The position numbers and the translations under genes were made by a program. A stretch of DNA of 64,000 nucleotides from Terrimicrobiaceae bacterium (GTDB lineage: Bacteria; Verrucomicrobiota; Verrucomicrobiia; Chthoniobacterales; Terrimicrobiaceae), in contig JBIIPZ010000016.1 of assembly GCA_044342325.1 (NCBI GenBank), forward strand, positions 1-64,000. The letters run 5' to 3'. Shown here piece by piece: positions 39,015-49,158 of the stretch (positions are counted from its first letter, which is position 1; every line of letters starts with the position of its first letter). Under the pieces are notes generated by a model. It saw nothing but the letters and a program-made list of their open reading frames with translations, did no database searches and had not been told where the DNA came from.

Positions 39015-41702
39015 CTAGTGTAAATCGGCTTCGCTTTGAAGCGTCAAACCGGGAGGAGGTGCTTCGCCGAGAAGACCTGTCTGATCGGAAGTGGCGAGCG
39101 GCACGACTTCATGAAGCACACGGCGGCGCACTTCATTGATATCCCAACGCCGCAAGAGTGAATCGATCTGGTTGCGGGTGGATTTTGAAACATCCACCGG
39201 GCGCAGGCCAGTGAGACGCGCGGCGCGGAGCCAAGCAGCGGCGGCTTCAGGGCGCAAAGACTCACCCAGATCGATTTCCCCCAAAACACCCCATGCCTCC
39301 TCGACGATCTCCGGAGGTAGGATTTGTTCTGTTCCGGCGTGAAAGAGAACCCGCGAGAGGAGGCGCCCGAGGGCTTTCCAAAACGCAGGATTTTTGGGTT
39401 GGGCATCGATCGCTTCTGTGAGGCGACGATAGATGCTTATTCGGGTTTCAGAGCCGATCGATTCGAGCGCACCAGCCAGCAGGGCGACCTCAGCGGAGGG
39501 CGCGCAGCCTTCACGCCATTCTGCTGCAGCGGCATTCCAGATGGCCTCTGATTGGGCTGCATCGAGACCGGCGGCGATGCGACGCGCACAGATCCAACGC
39601 TGGATTTTTACTGCTCCACTGGCGTAACGCGGCGGTGCGGCAAGAATCTCAGCCAAGGCAGTCGCACGCTCTGAATCCCCGTTCATGCCGCAACCGGGAC
39701 GCAGAAACCAACCCGCAAGATGCAGCCAAGTTTCCTCGTGATCTGCCGAGTTGAACCGCTGAGGGGCAGCCTCAAGCCAGATATCAAAAAGCCGACGCAC
39801 GATTCCGCCAGTCCATGCCGACTTCTGATTACCAAGAGCCTTCTCGCCGACGGTAAAAATCGTATTGACCGTGAGCTTCTGACGCGTATTGCGCGAGGGA
39901 TCAAGAAGTGCAGCGAGCTGTTCCCCAGCGCGAGTGACGGCATCCGATGTATCGGCGGAGCGTTTTTGAGGTGCCACGGCACGGCCACGCAGAGAGAACT
40001 CAAGGGGCCAAGGTGCATCCCAGCGGAGCCCGGGCTCTGCGCAGAGAAGCTCGACACGAAGAAGTCCGGTGGAACGAAGGCATGTGCGAATCTCAACGCG
40101 CACGCTGGGATCACTGGGAGCACGCGCCCCCTGCGGCGGAGCCAAAATAGTCTCCACGGCTGGCAATTCGGAAAAACCCTCGGTATCAGTGCTCACCACA
40201 TTTCCAGGCATGTCGTCAGGACGGCGGGCATTGCGTAGAAGTTCGAAAGAGGCAGGCTTGCCAACCAGCGCGCGAAGATCGGGATGGCCTGCAGTGAAAT
40301 CCTTTTCGGCCTGCGCACCCTGCGGCAGCAGACAGAGTGCAGAGTTTTGACCGACACCCATATAATAGGAATGTGACGCCCCCGCCTCGATGCGTGAAGC
40401 ATCGCCAGTGGCGCGGAGATGAAGAAACCTTGCCGCTCCTCGAGCCACGGCCAGATCGGGGTCCGTATTTTCAAGAACCTTGGGAACATGCCCCGGTTGC
40501 CAGCGCGAGAGATTCTCAAGAATGCGACGACGAACTGCAGGAGCCTTGGTGAGTCCACCATTGAAGAGGATGAAATCAACCGCATCCCGGCCACGCAGGA
40601 AGTCGCTGAGGTGGCGGGTCACAGCAGGATCTTTGGCATAGGGGAGCCCCATTTCCCTCAACCCTAGAGGGGCTCGCAGCGGATGCTCCCCTGCGGTCAC
40701 CAAGGGGAAGAAACCTTCCAGCAAGAGTGTGGAGATTTCGCTTGATGAGACTTCGCAACGAAGTATTCCCGAGAGAAGCGAGGTGCCGGGCTTCGAGACG
40801 GCAACAGGCCAAACCTTGCCTTCTTCAAACTCCGCACCGAGGGCGTCCTCTTTGATTTCGCGGCAACGGGCGAGGAGTTGGGCAAAAGTCGATGCCGGCA
40901 ACTGCGCTCCGGGCGTCAGTTTTTCTTCGAGAAAATGGGCGAGAGAGAGATCAAGATTGTCGCCACCCAGTAAAACATGGTCGCTCACCGCGATGCGCTG
41001 GAGCTTCGGAAGGGGCGAGTCTGGTCTCGGTTCGACAGCAAAGAGGCTCAGATCCGTCGTTCCGCCGCCGATGTCCACCACCAGCACATGGGATTTTTGA
41101 TTTCCCGCTGCGAGGGCTTCGCGCGCTGCGTCCTCATTTTCCAGCCAAGCGTAGAAGGCAGCTTGAGGCTCTTCGAGGAGGATGCAGGAACCAGGGAAGC
41201 CTGCTTCCCGGGCGGCTTCGAGAGTGAGTTGTTGCGCGGCGGGGTCGAAGGAAGCAGGCACAGTAATGGCGATATCCTGCGAAGCGAGCGGAGCATCTGG
41301 GTGTGCCTCGTTCCAAGCCGAGGCGAGAGTCTTGAGAAGGTTCGACAGGGCATCAACCGGACTGATCAGGTCAGAGGACGAAAGATCGCTCGAGCCGAGC
41401 GGAAGAAATTTGGCACGACGGTCCGCAGCATGATGGACAAGCCAGGATTTGGCGGAATGAACAACGCGCCCAGGAACTTCAGCTGCACGGGCGCGGGCGA
41501 AGCGTCCGGCGACCCACTGCTTGCTCTGGTCCGGAGGAAGATAAAGAAACGAGGGAAGGGTTGGTTGAGAGATTGCGGAGTGCGCAGTCTCAGGCTGGGA
41601 AATCGCTAGAACCTCGCTGTGCCCGGATGTCGAAGCGGACAGCACAGACGCAAGGGCGGAATTTGTCGTTCCGAGGTCGATGCCAATACGAAAAGAAGAC
41701 AT
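39015..41702 (-). CDS. Hsp70-family protein with long C-terminal extension (DUF3731-like)
   Basis: GIDLGTTNS, TVPASFD, EEPQAAF, DIGGGTTD, LLGGDNLD; C-terminal WLHLAGWFLRPG and ALGRL. Confidence 0.88.
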   Translation of the reverse strand: MSSFRIGIDLGTTNSALASVLSASTSGHSEVLAISQPETAHSAISQPTLPSFLYLPPDQSKQWVAGRFARARAAEVPGRVVHSAKSWLVHHAADRRAKFLPLGSSDLSSSDLISPVDALSNLLKTLASAWNEAHPDAPLASQDIAITVPASFDPAAQQLTLEAAREAGFPGSCILLEEPQAAFYAWLENEDAAREALAAGNQKSHVLVVDIGGGTTDLSLFAVEPRPDSPLPKLQRIAVSDHVLLGGDNLDLSLAHFLEEKLTPGAQLPASTFAQLLARCREIKEDALGAEFEEGKVWPVAVSKPGTSLLSGILRCEVSSSEISTLLLEGFFPLVTAGEHPLRAPLGLREMGLPYAKDPAVTRHLSDFLRGRDAVDFILFNGGLTKAPAVRRRILENLSRWQPGHVPKVLENTDPDLAVARGAARFLHLRATGDASRIEAGASHSYYMGVGQNSALCLLPQGAQAEKDFTAGHPDLRALVGKPASFELLRNARRPDDMPGNVVSTDTEGFSELPAVETILAPPQGARAPSDPSVRVEIRTCLRSTGLLRVELLCAEPGLRWDAPWPLEFSLRGRAVAPQKRSADTSDAVTRAGEQLAALLDPSRNTRQKLTVNTIFTVGEKALGNQKSAWTGGIVRRLFDIWLEAAPQRFNSADHEETWLHLAGWFLRPGCGMNGDSERATALAEILAAPPRYASGAVKIQRWICARRIAAGLDAAQSEAIWNAAAAEWREGCAPSAEVALLAGALESIGSETRISIYRRLTEAIDAQPKNPAFWKALGRLLSRVLFHAGTEQILPPEIVEEAWGVLGEIDLGESLRPEAAAAWLRAARLTGLRPVDVSKSTRNQIDSLLRRWDINEVRRRVLHEVVPLATSDQTGLLGEAPPPGLTLQSEADLH

Positions 41703-41755
41703 GTCTTGTAGCGCCAAAGGGAATTATTCCCACGAATGGGAAGATTCCTCAAAGA

Positions 41756-42232
41756 TCAGGGCTTTTGAAAAAGCGGCAGGAATTTTGCATACCCCTGCTT
41801 TTCGAGTTCGTCTTTGGGTATGAAACGCAAAGCGGCCGAGTTGATGCAGTAACGCATCCCTGTTGGAGCAGGCCCATCGGGGAAAACATGGCCCAAGTGC
41901 GATTTACCCTCCACTGAGCGCACCTCGACGCGCTCCATGCCATGGGTGACATCGACCTTCTCCTCAATCGTCTCAGCTTTGAGCGGACGAATGAAGCTCG
42001 GCCACCCTGTTCCTGAATCGAACTTGTCCAGCGAACTGAACAACGGCTCGCCGGAAATAATGCAGACATAGATCCCCTCGCGCTTGTTGTCCCAATACTC
42101 GTTGCGGAACGGAGGTTCCGTTCCGCACTGCATGGTGACATGTTCCTGAAGTGGCGTGAGATTAGGCTTGGTGTCTTCGGCTTTCACAAGAGGTAGAGTG
42201 GCTAAAAGAGTTGCGACTATTTGAGTTTTCAC
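41756..42232 (-). CDS. msrB: Peptide-methionine (R)-S-oxide reductase with probable signal peptide (GTG start inferred)
   Basis: [36 protein letters not shown]. Confidence 0.95.
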   Translation of the reverse strand: MKTQIVATLLATLPLVKAEDTKPNLTPLQEHVTMQCGTEPPFRNEYWDNKREGIYVCIISGEPLFSSLDKFDSGTGWPSFIRPLKAETIEEKVDVTHGMERVEVRSVEGKSHLGHVFPDGPAPTGMRYCINSAALRFIPKDELEKQGYAKFLPLFQKP

Positions 42233-42401
42233 AAGCAACCCTAAACCAAATTTTCGCTTTGCACAGGAAGTATGAAATTTGGCGCTTTTGTTGGCAAGAG
42301 GCTCGGCGAGGAACTTGGAAAGCATGCCATTGCTGAGGGTCGTGATTATTTTACAAAAAAGTCTTTGTCCTTTGGGTTGCCGCGCAGTGTAGGGTGGCAC
42401 T

Positions 42402-43811
42402 ATGTCAAATATGGACGCCGAACGAGGGACCCAAGGCAAGGCGCTGAGGGTGAATTTGGACAACGGATTTTATGGCACTTTCGCTGAAATCGGAGCCGGC
42501 CAGGAAGTCGCCCGACACTTTTTCTCAGCAGGTGGAGCAGCTGGAACGGTGGCGAAAACCATGTCGGCATATGACATGACTTTTAGCGATGCCATCTACG
42601 GTCCCTCGCGCCGGTATGTCAGCCGCGAGCGTTTGGAGACTATGCTTGGGCACGAGCAAAAACTCCTGATCGAGCGGTTGGGTGCAACAGCCGGCGACAA
42701 TCGGAGATTCTTTGTTTTTGCAGACACCGTCGCAGCCCGCAGCTTCCGCAGGCACGACGAATCTCATGGCTGGATGGGCCTCCGTTTCCAACACGCCCCC
42801 CGTGCAAAATTCAGCGACATCATTCTCCATGTCCGCATGCTGGATGCCGAGAATCTACTCCAACAGGAAGCCCTTGGCATTGCTGGCGTGAATCTCATCT
42901 ACGGCGCGGCGTTCAACCACCAGAACCCCCGTGCGCTTATCGGCTCGCTCCTTGATGACCTCAAGCCGGGCCGTATCGAAGTCGATATGATCCGCTTCTC
43001 AGGCCCCGCGTTCGCAGGTGTGGACAACCGCATCATGAGCCTCGAACTCGTTGTGCAAAAACTCACCCGCGCGACATTATTTCGCCCAGATGGTGAGGTT
43101 GTGCAGGCCTCGGATGCTTTTTATAAAAAACCCATCCTCGTGGAGCGTGGCAGCTTTCGCCCTGTCACCTATGTAACGAACGACATGCTCGACGGTGCCA
43201 AGCGACTTTTCGAACAGGAAAGCGGCGTCGCTGGCGCCGAACCGGCCATTCTCATGGAGATCACCATGAAAAATCTCCTCTCTCACGGCCCGCTCGATCT
43301 CCAGGATTTTCTCGATCGTGTGGACCTCCTCGCAGCTCTCGGCCGCACCGTGCTCATCTCCGACTACGGTGAATATTACAAACTGGTGAACTTCCTTACC
43401 CGTTACACGGAAGGCCCCATAGGCCTCCCCATGGGCATCCCGGGACTGAATGAGATTTTCAATTCCGAACACTACAACGATCTTGAAGGCGGCATCCTGG
43501 AAGCCCTCGGTCGCCTCTTTAAACGTAATGTCCGGCTCTATGTGTATCCCTTCATCTCACCGAGTGGCGAACTCGTGACCTGTGGAAACTTCCGCACGCC
43601 TCCCGGCATGGAGAACCTTTACGAACATCTCCGGGTCAACCACCTCATCCGCCCCATAGAAGATTACCGCTCCGACTATCTCCAAATCCACTCTCCGAAG
43701 GTTCTGGAAATGATCGCCGCCGGAGACTCGACCTGGGAATCCATGGTCCCCGAGGCTGCGAGGGATGTCATAAAAAAACGCGGCCTCTTCGGTGCGCCGA
43801 AACTTGCTTAA
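42402..43811 (+). CDS. Conserved cytoplasmic protein with a nucleotidyltransferase-like C-terminal domain
   Basis: [28 protein letters not shown], terminal WESMVP..V. Confidence 0.7.
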   Translation: MSNMDAERGTQGKALRVNLDNGFYGTFAEIGAGQEVARHFFSAGGAAGTVAKTMSAYDMTFSDAIYGPSRRYVSRERLETMLGHEQKLLIERLGATAGDNRRFFVFADTVAARSFRRHDESHGWMGLRFQHAPRAKFSDIILHVRMLDAENLLQQEALGIAGVNLIYGAAFNHQNPRALIGSLLDDLKPGRIEVDMIRFSGPAFAGVDNRIMSLELVVQKLTRATLFRPDGEVVQASDAFYKKPILVERGSFRPVTYVTNDMLDGAKRLFEQESGVAGAEPAILMEITMKNLLSHGPLDLQDFLDRVDLLAALGRTVLISDYGEYYKLVNFLTRYTEGPIGLPMGIPGLNEIFNSEHYNDLEGGILEALGRLFKRNVRLYVYPFISPSGELVTCGNFRTPPGMENLYEHLRVNHLIRPIEDYRSDYLQIHSPKVLEMIAAGDSTWESMVPEAARDVIKKRGLFGAPKLA

Positions 43812-43843
43812 GGCACACGACAACGCCATCGTCATCGGCTGAC

Positions 43844-45088
43844 ATGTTTTTCCGCCGCCTCGTTCTCAATAGCTTCGCCAAACTCAAACTCGGCCGCCTC
43901 GAAGTCATCCTTCCGGATGGCGCCCGTGGCGTCTACGGCGGACTCGGCGCGGGTATCCAAGCGCGCATCGAGGTGAGTGATGAGAATTTCTTCAAGAGGT
44001 GCGTCCTCAATGGTCCGATTGGTTTCTCTGAAGCCTACATGGCTGGAGAATGGACGACCGACGACCTCACAAAGGTCATCGCCTGGTTCATCCTGAACGC
44101 TGACAACACACAGGCCATGCAAACGCGCCAATCGCGTGGAACGGGCTTTTTCAATTTGCTCAATGCTGCCAACCGCGCTTTCCACCTGCGTCGGCCGAAC
44201 AGCCGCACAATGAGCCGGAAAAACATCAGCGAGCACTACGATCTCAGCAACGAATTCTTCCAACTCTGGCTCGATGCCTCCATGACCTATTCCAGCGCGT
44301 ATTTCGAAGCAGCTGACGAGCCGCTCGAAACCGCTCAGAGCCGGAAATACGATAAACTCTGCAAACGCCTGCGCCTCGTTCCCTCCGACAGCGTCTTGGA
44401 AATCGGAAGCGGCTGGGGCGGCTTCAGCATGCACGCCGCCAAAAACTACGGCTGCAAAATCACCACCGTCACCATCTCCCGCCAGCAATACGACGAAGCC
44501 TCGCGCCGCATTCAAGAAGCGGGTCTCGGCGATAGAATCCAGCTCCTGCTTTGCGACTACCGCGACCTCCGTGGCCGCTTTGATAAAATCGCCTCTATCG
44601 AAATGCTTGAAGCCGTCGGCGATCGCTATGTGGACGGCTACTTCGCCAAAATTGACGAACTCCTTCATCCGCAGGGACTCCTCGGCCTTCAAGCAATCCT
44701 CTGTCCCGACAACCAATATCCCATCCTCCGCGATGGCGTGGATTTCATCCAAAAGCACATCTTCCCCGGCTCCCTGCTGATGTGCAATGCCCGCATCACC
44801 CGCGCCATGACATCCTGCGGTGACTTGAACCTCTTCGAATATGAAGACATGGCCCCCCACTACGCCCTCACCCTCCAACGCTGGGCCGAAACTTTCGAGA
44901 CCAAGCTCCCAGAAGTTCGCGCGCTGGGCTTCGACGAAACTTTCATCCGCAAATGGCGCTACTACCTGCGCTACTGCGAAGCCGCTTTCGGCACACGCCA
45001 CATCACGGTCGCCCAAATGGTCTACTCCCGTCCGGACAACCTCTCCATCCCCTCGCCGATCTACCAACTCAGCGATCAGGGCATCTAA
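43844..45088 (+). CDS. cfa: Cyclopropane-fatty-acyl-phospholipid synthase family methyltransferase
   Basis: HYDLSNEFF, MTYSSA, LEIGSGWG, SIEMLEAVG, IFPG. Confidence 0.92.
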   Translation: MFFRRLVLNSFAKLKLGRLEVILPDGARGVYGGLGAGIQARIEVSDENFFKRCVLNGPIGFSEAYMAGEWTTDDLTKVIAWFILNADNTQAMQTRQSRGTGFFNLLNAANRAFHLRRPNSRTMSRKNISEHYDLSNEFFQLWLDASMTYSSAYFEAADEPLETAQSRKYDKLCKRLRLVPSDSVLEIGSGWGGFSMHAAKNYGCKITTVTISRQQYDEASRRIQEAGLGDRIQLLLCDYRDLRGRFDKIASIEMLEAVGDRYVDGYFAKIDELLHPQGLLGLQAILCPDNQYPILRDGVDFIQKHIFPGSLLMCNARITRAMTSCGDLNLFEYEDMAPHYALTLQRWAETFETKLPEVRALGFDETFIRKWRYYLRYCEAAFGTRHITVAQMVYSRPDNLSIPSPIYQLSDQGI

Positions 45089-45125
45089 AATTCGGCAGCT
45101 AACCAGATCGGTCGGCCGCCGAATT
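45089..45125. terminator. Hairpin between convergent cfa and glycosidase genes
   Basis: AATTCGGC...GCCGAATT stem with imperfect inner pairing. Confidence 0.5.
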
Positions 45126-45145
45126 ATGGCTCAGATATCAAGGCT

Positions 45146-47191
45146 TCAGCTTTGAAGTTCGATCATTTGGTGACAGGAGAACTCCGGAATGCGGATGGTG
45201 ACGGCATCACCATTCTGCTGCAATTCGACGGCCGCGCCGCTTGGTGCCAGCATGGCTTTTTTGATGCCTGGCAAGCGCAGCGTGACTTCGGCGTTGTGGA
45301 GAGGCGGAAGTTCCTCAATGACCTCGACGCTGCGGCCGCCTGATGCATTACCGCCGGAGAGTTGAATGACTCCACCTCGGCTGATTGTCGGCGCGTAGAG
45401 CAAATGCAGGATGAAACGATCCTTCTGCGAAGTAAGGGAAATGCGAGCTGTCGAAGGCAAGTTTGTCTGGAGCGAGATCTCGTCCTTGAGAAATTGACGC
45501 AATGCGCGGACGATGAACTTACGGTAAGCGACCGCTCCGTAGGCGCGATAGTGCAGGAAGACCGGATGCGCAAAATAAAGGATGTTTCCGTGGCGCACAC
45601 CGCAGTCGAAACCGGATGGCTCGAGTTTGTTTGGCGTGTGCTGGTGGCTGCAGAAATGCTCCCAAGTGCGGTTGAAATAAGGATCGAAGATTTGACCAAG
45701 CGACTGACCATCCGTGACGCGGATCCGGTGCGAGCGGCTATACATGATCTGCGGCATGTTGACGAATGGGGCGCGCAGCTCCGGCAGAGGCAGAACATAA
45801 TCGTGGCCGCGGTTTGGTTCGTCCTGCGGCGGATAGCTTGGGCTGAGGCCTTGATACTCAGCTCCGAGGTCAAACGCAAAAGCCTCACGACCTTTCCAGA
45901 GACCGCTTTCGCCAGAGAGAACTAGCTTGCCGCCTTTTGCCAGATAGGCGTCCAACTTGGCTTTCAGTTCGTCATCGATGCGAATGTCGTCGGGCAGAAT
46001 GATGGCCTTGTAGGGCGAGAAATCCATCGTGCGGTCAATGAGACCGAATAGGAAATGACTCTCGAGAAGGACTCGTCCAGCACCATCATCAGGCCAATTG
46101 TTGCGCTCGTTGTGGTTTTCCGATTCGCTGGAGAGGACGGCGATGTCAAAGACCTGCCTCGCGTCGCGGCACCAGGGTTCCTTGTCGCGCACCTCGCGGT
46201 AGGCGGCACCGATGACTTCGTAGGTTGAGGGATCCAATTCACCTGCAGGGTGCAACTGGTCTCCGACGCTGCATTTTGCCCCATAGGCGAGCATGGCAGC
46301 GCATTCGTAGCGGAGAGCATTCGGATGCTTGTAGCCGCCGAACTCGCCCCAGGTGGTGTGAAACTTACCTGTCATACCGAGGAAATCGAATGGCAGGTTG
46401 CATGTGTATTTCGCCGAGGTCGGGAAATGGTCATAACCCCAACCACCTGTCGGCAAGGACTCCAACTCGAGATGGCTGAAGTAGGGTAAAATGTCATGGC
46501 GTCCGCGAGGAATGTGGCCGCCATTGTGGAAGATCGGCATGTCCGAGCGGAGCGACTTCGCGGCCTCAGTGGTCAGCCGATAGTATTTCTCAAGGGCGAG
46601 ACGCGAGGACTCCTGGCGATCCTCCTCTTTGAGCGGGTCGAGCCCGTTGGCCTTCATGAATTCCAAGCTCCAACGGGTGCATGATTGATACTGGCTTATG
46701 ATATCGAGGAAAATGCCATCACAATCAGGAAAAAGACGCACCGCCTCGCGGATCTGCTCGCAGAGATAGTCGAGATACGGGCTGTGAAAATCCATCATAT
46801 GAAAGCCCGCCTGCAGCGTGCGCTGCGCCCAACCAGTGTAGCAACCATCCTTATTCACCTCGCGCCATTCGGGGTGTTCATAGGAGGCGAGGTTGTCCAC
46901 GCCAGCAGAGAGATAGACCGGCGCGTTGATGCCAGCTTCCTTCGTGGCGTCGTATTGTTTGCGGAGAAGATCGAAGCTCAGATGCGGATGGATTTTTCCA
47001 ACCGTCGTCGGGTGGTAGCTCCAACCATGGTGACACTTTGAAAAGAGAGTGATCGAATCCACCGCCGCCGCCTGCAGCGTGTCCTGCCATTGCTTTTTGT
47101 CGAACCTCTCACCGATGCCGGGAATGTGCGGCGAGGTGTGGAAATCGAGGTGGATCTGGCGAAAGCGAAGAGGATGGGTTGTGGAGCTCAT
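45146..47191 (-). CDS. GH151-like glycoside hydrolase (putative alpha-L-fucosidase) with beta-galactosidase trimerisation domain
   Basis: FRQIHLDFHTS, FSKCHHG, DGIFLD, ELESLPTGGWGY, GKFHTTWGEFGG, GDQLHP. Confidence 0.8.
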   Translation of the reverse strand: MSSTTHPLRFRQIHLDFHTSPHIPGIGERFDKKQWQDTLQAAAVDSITLFSKCHHGWSYHPTTVGKIHPHLSFDLLRKQYDATKEAGINAPVYLSAGVDNLASYEHPEWREVNKDGCYTGWAQRTLQAGFHMMDFHSPYLDYLCEQIREAVRLFPDCDGIFLDIISQYQSCTRWSLEFMKANGLDPLKEEDRQESSRLALEKYYRLTTEAAKSLRSDMPIFHNGGHIPRGRHDILPYFSHLELESLPTGGWGYDHFPTSAKYTCNLPFDFLGMTGKFHTTWGEFGGYKHPNALRYECAAMLAYGAKCSVGDQLHPAGELDPSTYEVIGAAYREVRDKEPWCRDARQVFDIAVLSSESENHNERNNWPDDGAGRVLLESHFLFGLIDRTMDFSPYKAIILPDDIRIDDELKAKLDAYLAKGGKLVLSGESGLWKGREAFAFDLGAEYQGLSPSYPPQDEPNRGHDYVLPLPELRAPFVNMPQIMYSRSHRIRVTDGQSLGQIFDPYFNRTWEHFCSHQHTPNKLEPSGFDCGVRHGNILYFAHPVFLHYRAYGAVAYRKFIVRALRQFLKDEISLQTNLPSTARISLTSQKDRFILHLLYAPTISRGGVIQLSGGNASGGRSVEVIEELPPLHNAEVTLRLPGIKKAMLAPSGAAVELQQNGDAVTIRIPEFSCHQMIELQS

Positions 47192-47253
47192 GAGACTGCG
47201 AAACTCCCAAAATCCCCTTGCCGCTTCAATGTGCGAAAGATTCTATTTTGTGT

Positions 47254-48039
47254 ATGTTTTACACAAGCGCTAACCCGGAAGGCATTCGTGGCACATCTTC
47301 CGAGTTGACGCTTCGCATCCTCACCTCGGTCTTAGTCAAACTCACGAAATGGGCCAATTCAGACCTGCGCGCCCCCTATTGGAGGCTTTACTGGAACAAC
47401 ACCTCGGGTGCTTCGATCATCACAGGTAAAAAAACAATTCCCCTTGAGCCGTCCCATTTCGTGCTCATTCCGCCGGAGACATCATTCACGACAAGCATGG
47501 CGAACGAGACGAATCATTTTTATGTTCATTTTCTCACATCCTTGATTTGGTCTAACATCGGCGCTGAGGTTCTCCCAGCCTCGCCTTCCGACCTCGAAAC
47601 CATGAATTCCATCCTTCATGGAGAAAACTCCGCATCCTCTGCGTGCTTGGTGGCTTCACTCGTCACAAGCGCACTCGCCCGCCTCGATCCTAAAAAATGG
47701 ACCAGCCACGCGGATCAGGATACCCGAGTGCAGACTGCGATCCAAAAGATCGAAACGCACACTCCCGGCGTGCCCAGCGTTGCCTTCCTGGCGCGGGAGG
47801 TTGGCATGAATATCAACGCCTTCATTCGACTCTTCCGAGAACGCACGGGCCTCACACCGGCCATGTATGCCCGGGAGCGCCGTATCGAGGTGGCATGTGT
47901 CCTGCTCCACCACAGCGCAAAAAGCATTGAAGAAATTGCTTCAACCTGCGGCTTCTGCGACCGCTACCACTTCACGCACGCTTTTATTCGCTCGCGCAAA
48001 ACCTCCCCTGCGGCTTTCCGAAAACAGATCCAGCGCTGA
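47254..48039 (+). CDS. AraC family transcriptional regulator (start uncertain)
   Basis: C-terminal SIEEIASTCGFCDRYHFTHAF...SPAAFRK; divergent from the glycosidase. Confidence 0.92.
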   Translation: MFYTSANPEGIRGTSSELTLRILTSVLVKLTKWANSDLRAPYWRLYWNNTSGASIITGKKTIPLEPSHFVLIPPETSFTTSMANETNHFYVHFLTSLIWSNIGAEVLPASPSDLETMNSILHGENSASSACLVASLVTSALARLDPKKWTSHADQDTRVQTAIQKIETHTPGVPSVAFLAREVGMNINAFIRLFRERTGLTPAMYARERRIEVACVLLHHSAKSIEEIASTCGFCDRYHFTHAFIRSRKTSPAAFRKQIQR

Positions 48040-48081
48040 TCGAGGAGGCAACGCTGGTCGACTCGAGATTGGAGTCCAGAA

Positions 48082-49134
48082 TCAGTTCGCGAGTGTCGCT
48101 CTGATGACTGTGCCATCCTGCAACTCGCCTTGGTTGCTGGTCACGATTTCCTCATCTGGCGACAAATCTTGGGTTGTTCCATTCACCGACCAGCGCACAG
48201 CAGCGGTGGTGCCGTTGTCTATCTGGATGACAATGGACTTCCTGCGGACTACGCCGTTTTCATTTTTGAAAAGGAATGGCATGCCCCCGTCTCTAACGAT
48301 GGCACTGCTGGGCACAAGGAGAGCGGGCTGTGGCTGGCTCATGGTGAGTTTCATTTTGCCATACATGCCGGGCAGGAGACCTGCGGCCTGACCGGCGGGC
48401 AGTCCCTCTGGAAAATACGGCAGTGTGCGGCTTTTGAGATCGCTTCGACCGTTCGACTCGGCCTGAACCTGAAATTTCGCATACTCGTCCGCGGTTCCGT
48501 TGAAGACGTCCAACTCAACGCTCAGAGTGCGGTCTCCCGACTTGAGGCTTGGGGCGATGCGCGTCAGGCGACTTCGAAAAATTTTCCCGGGCAGGGCATC
48601 CATACTTACATCAGCGATGGTGCTGTTCTTGGACAAATAAGCCACATAGGCCTCAGGAACAGCCATGGAGATCGTCACGATGTCTGTTCGATCCACTGTG
48701 AGCAGCGAATCCACGCCTGGAACGATAGCAGCACTCGGCACAAAAAGACCTGGATCGGCAGACCGCTCTGAAACGACTCCATCAAAGGGTGCATTGATCG
48801 TTGCGAGAATTCCTGACGCATCGCCGGTGTCCAACTGGACCAACACCTCGCCAGCAGTGACCTTGTCGCCGATGGCTTTCTCGACGGATTTGATGGTTCC
48901 AGCCACCCTAGGCAAAAGGCCCACTTGATAGTAGGCGGAGACCTCGGCGGGCTGCTCCACACTCACGGTTTGATTCGAAGCGGCTTGAGGTTTTCCTGTC
49001 AAAACACGGATTGCCACTTTGGAGGTGGAATTGTCGGTGGCAGTCACATTGCCGAGGACATTTTCCATGGAGAAAAGTCCGAGTGTCATCAATGCGGGGA
49101 GTAGGCGGGTATTAGCTATGGTTGTTGATTTCAT
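48082..49134 (-). CDS. RND efflux periplasmic adaptor (MFP) lacking the alpha-helical hairpin
   Basis: Lipoyl half 1 PRVAGTIKSVEKAIGDKVTAGEVLVQLD joined by about 8 aa to half 2 TINAPFDGVV; LLPGMYG; LLVPSSAI. Confidence 0.88.
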   Translation of the reverse strand: MKSTTIANTRLLPALMTLGLFSMENVLGNVTATDNSTSKVAIRVLTGKPQAASNQTVSVEQPAEVSAYYQVGLLPRVAGTIKSVEKAIGDKVTAGEVLVQLDTGDASGILATINAPFDGVVSERSADPGLFVPSAAIVPGVDSLLTVDRTDIVTISMAVPEAYVAYLSKNSTIADVSMDALPGKIFRSRLTRIAPSLKSGDRTLSVELDVFNGTADEYAKFQVQAESNGRSDLKSRTLPYFPEGLPAGQAAGLLPGMYGKMKLTMSQPQPALLVPSSAIVRDGGMPFLFKNENGVVRRKSIVIQIDNGTTAAVRWSVNGTTQDLSPDEEIVTSNQGELQDGTVIRATLAN

Positions 49135-49158
49135 AAATTGCGGGCGTTTTTTCACATC

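Noticed and set aside
42402..43811. TonB-dependent receptor label for this family
   Set aside because: No signal peptide, plug or beta-barrel pattern, and no terminal aromatic residue
47254..48039. AraC protein as an ExsA/HrpX-like T3SS activator
   Set aside because: It shares a short divergent promoter with the glycosidase, the usual layout for a sugar-responsive regulator
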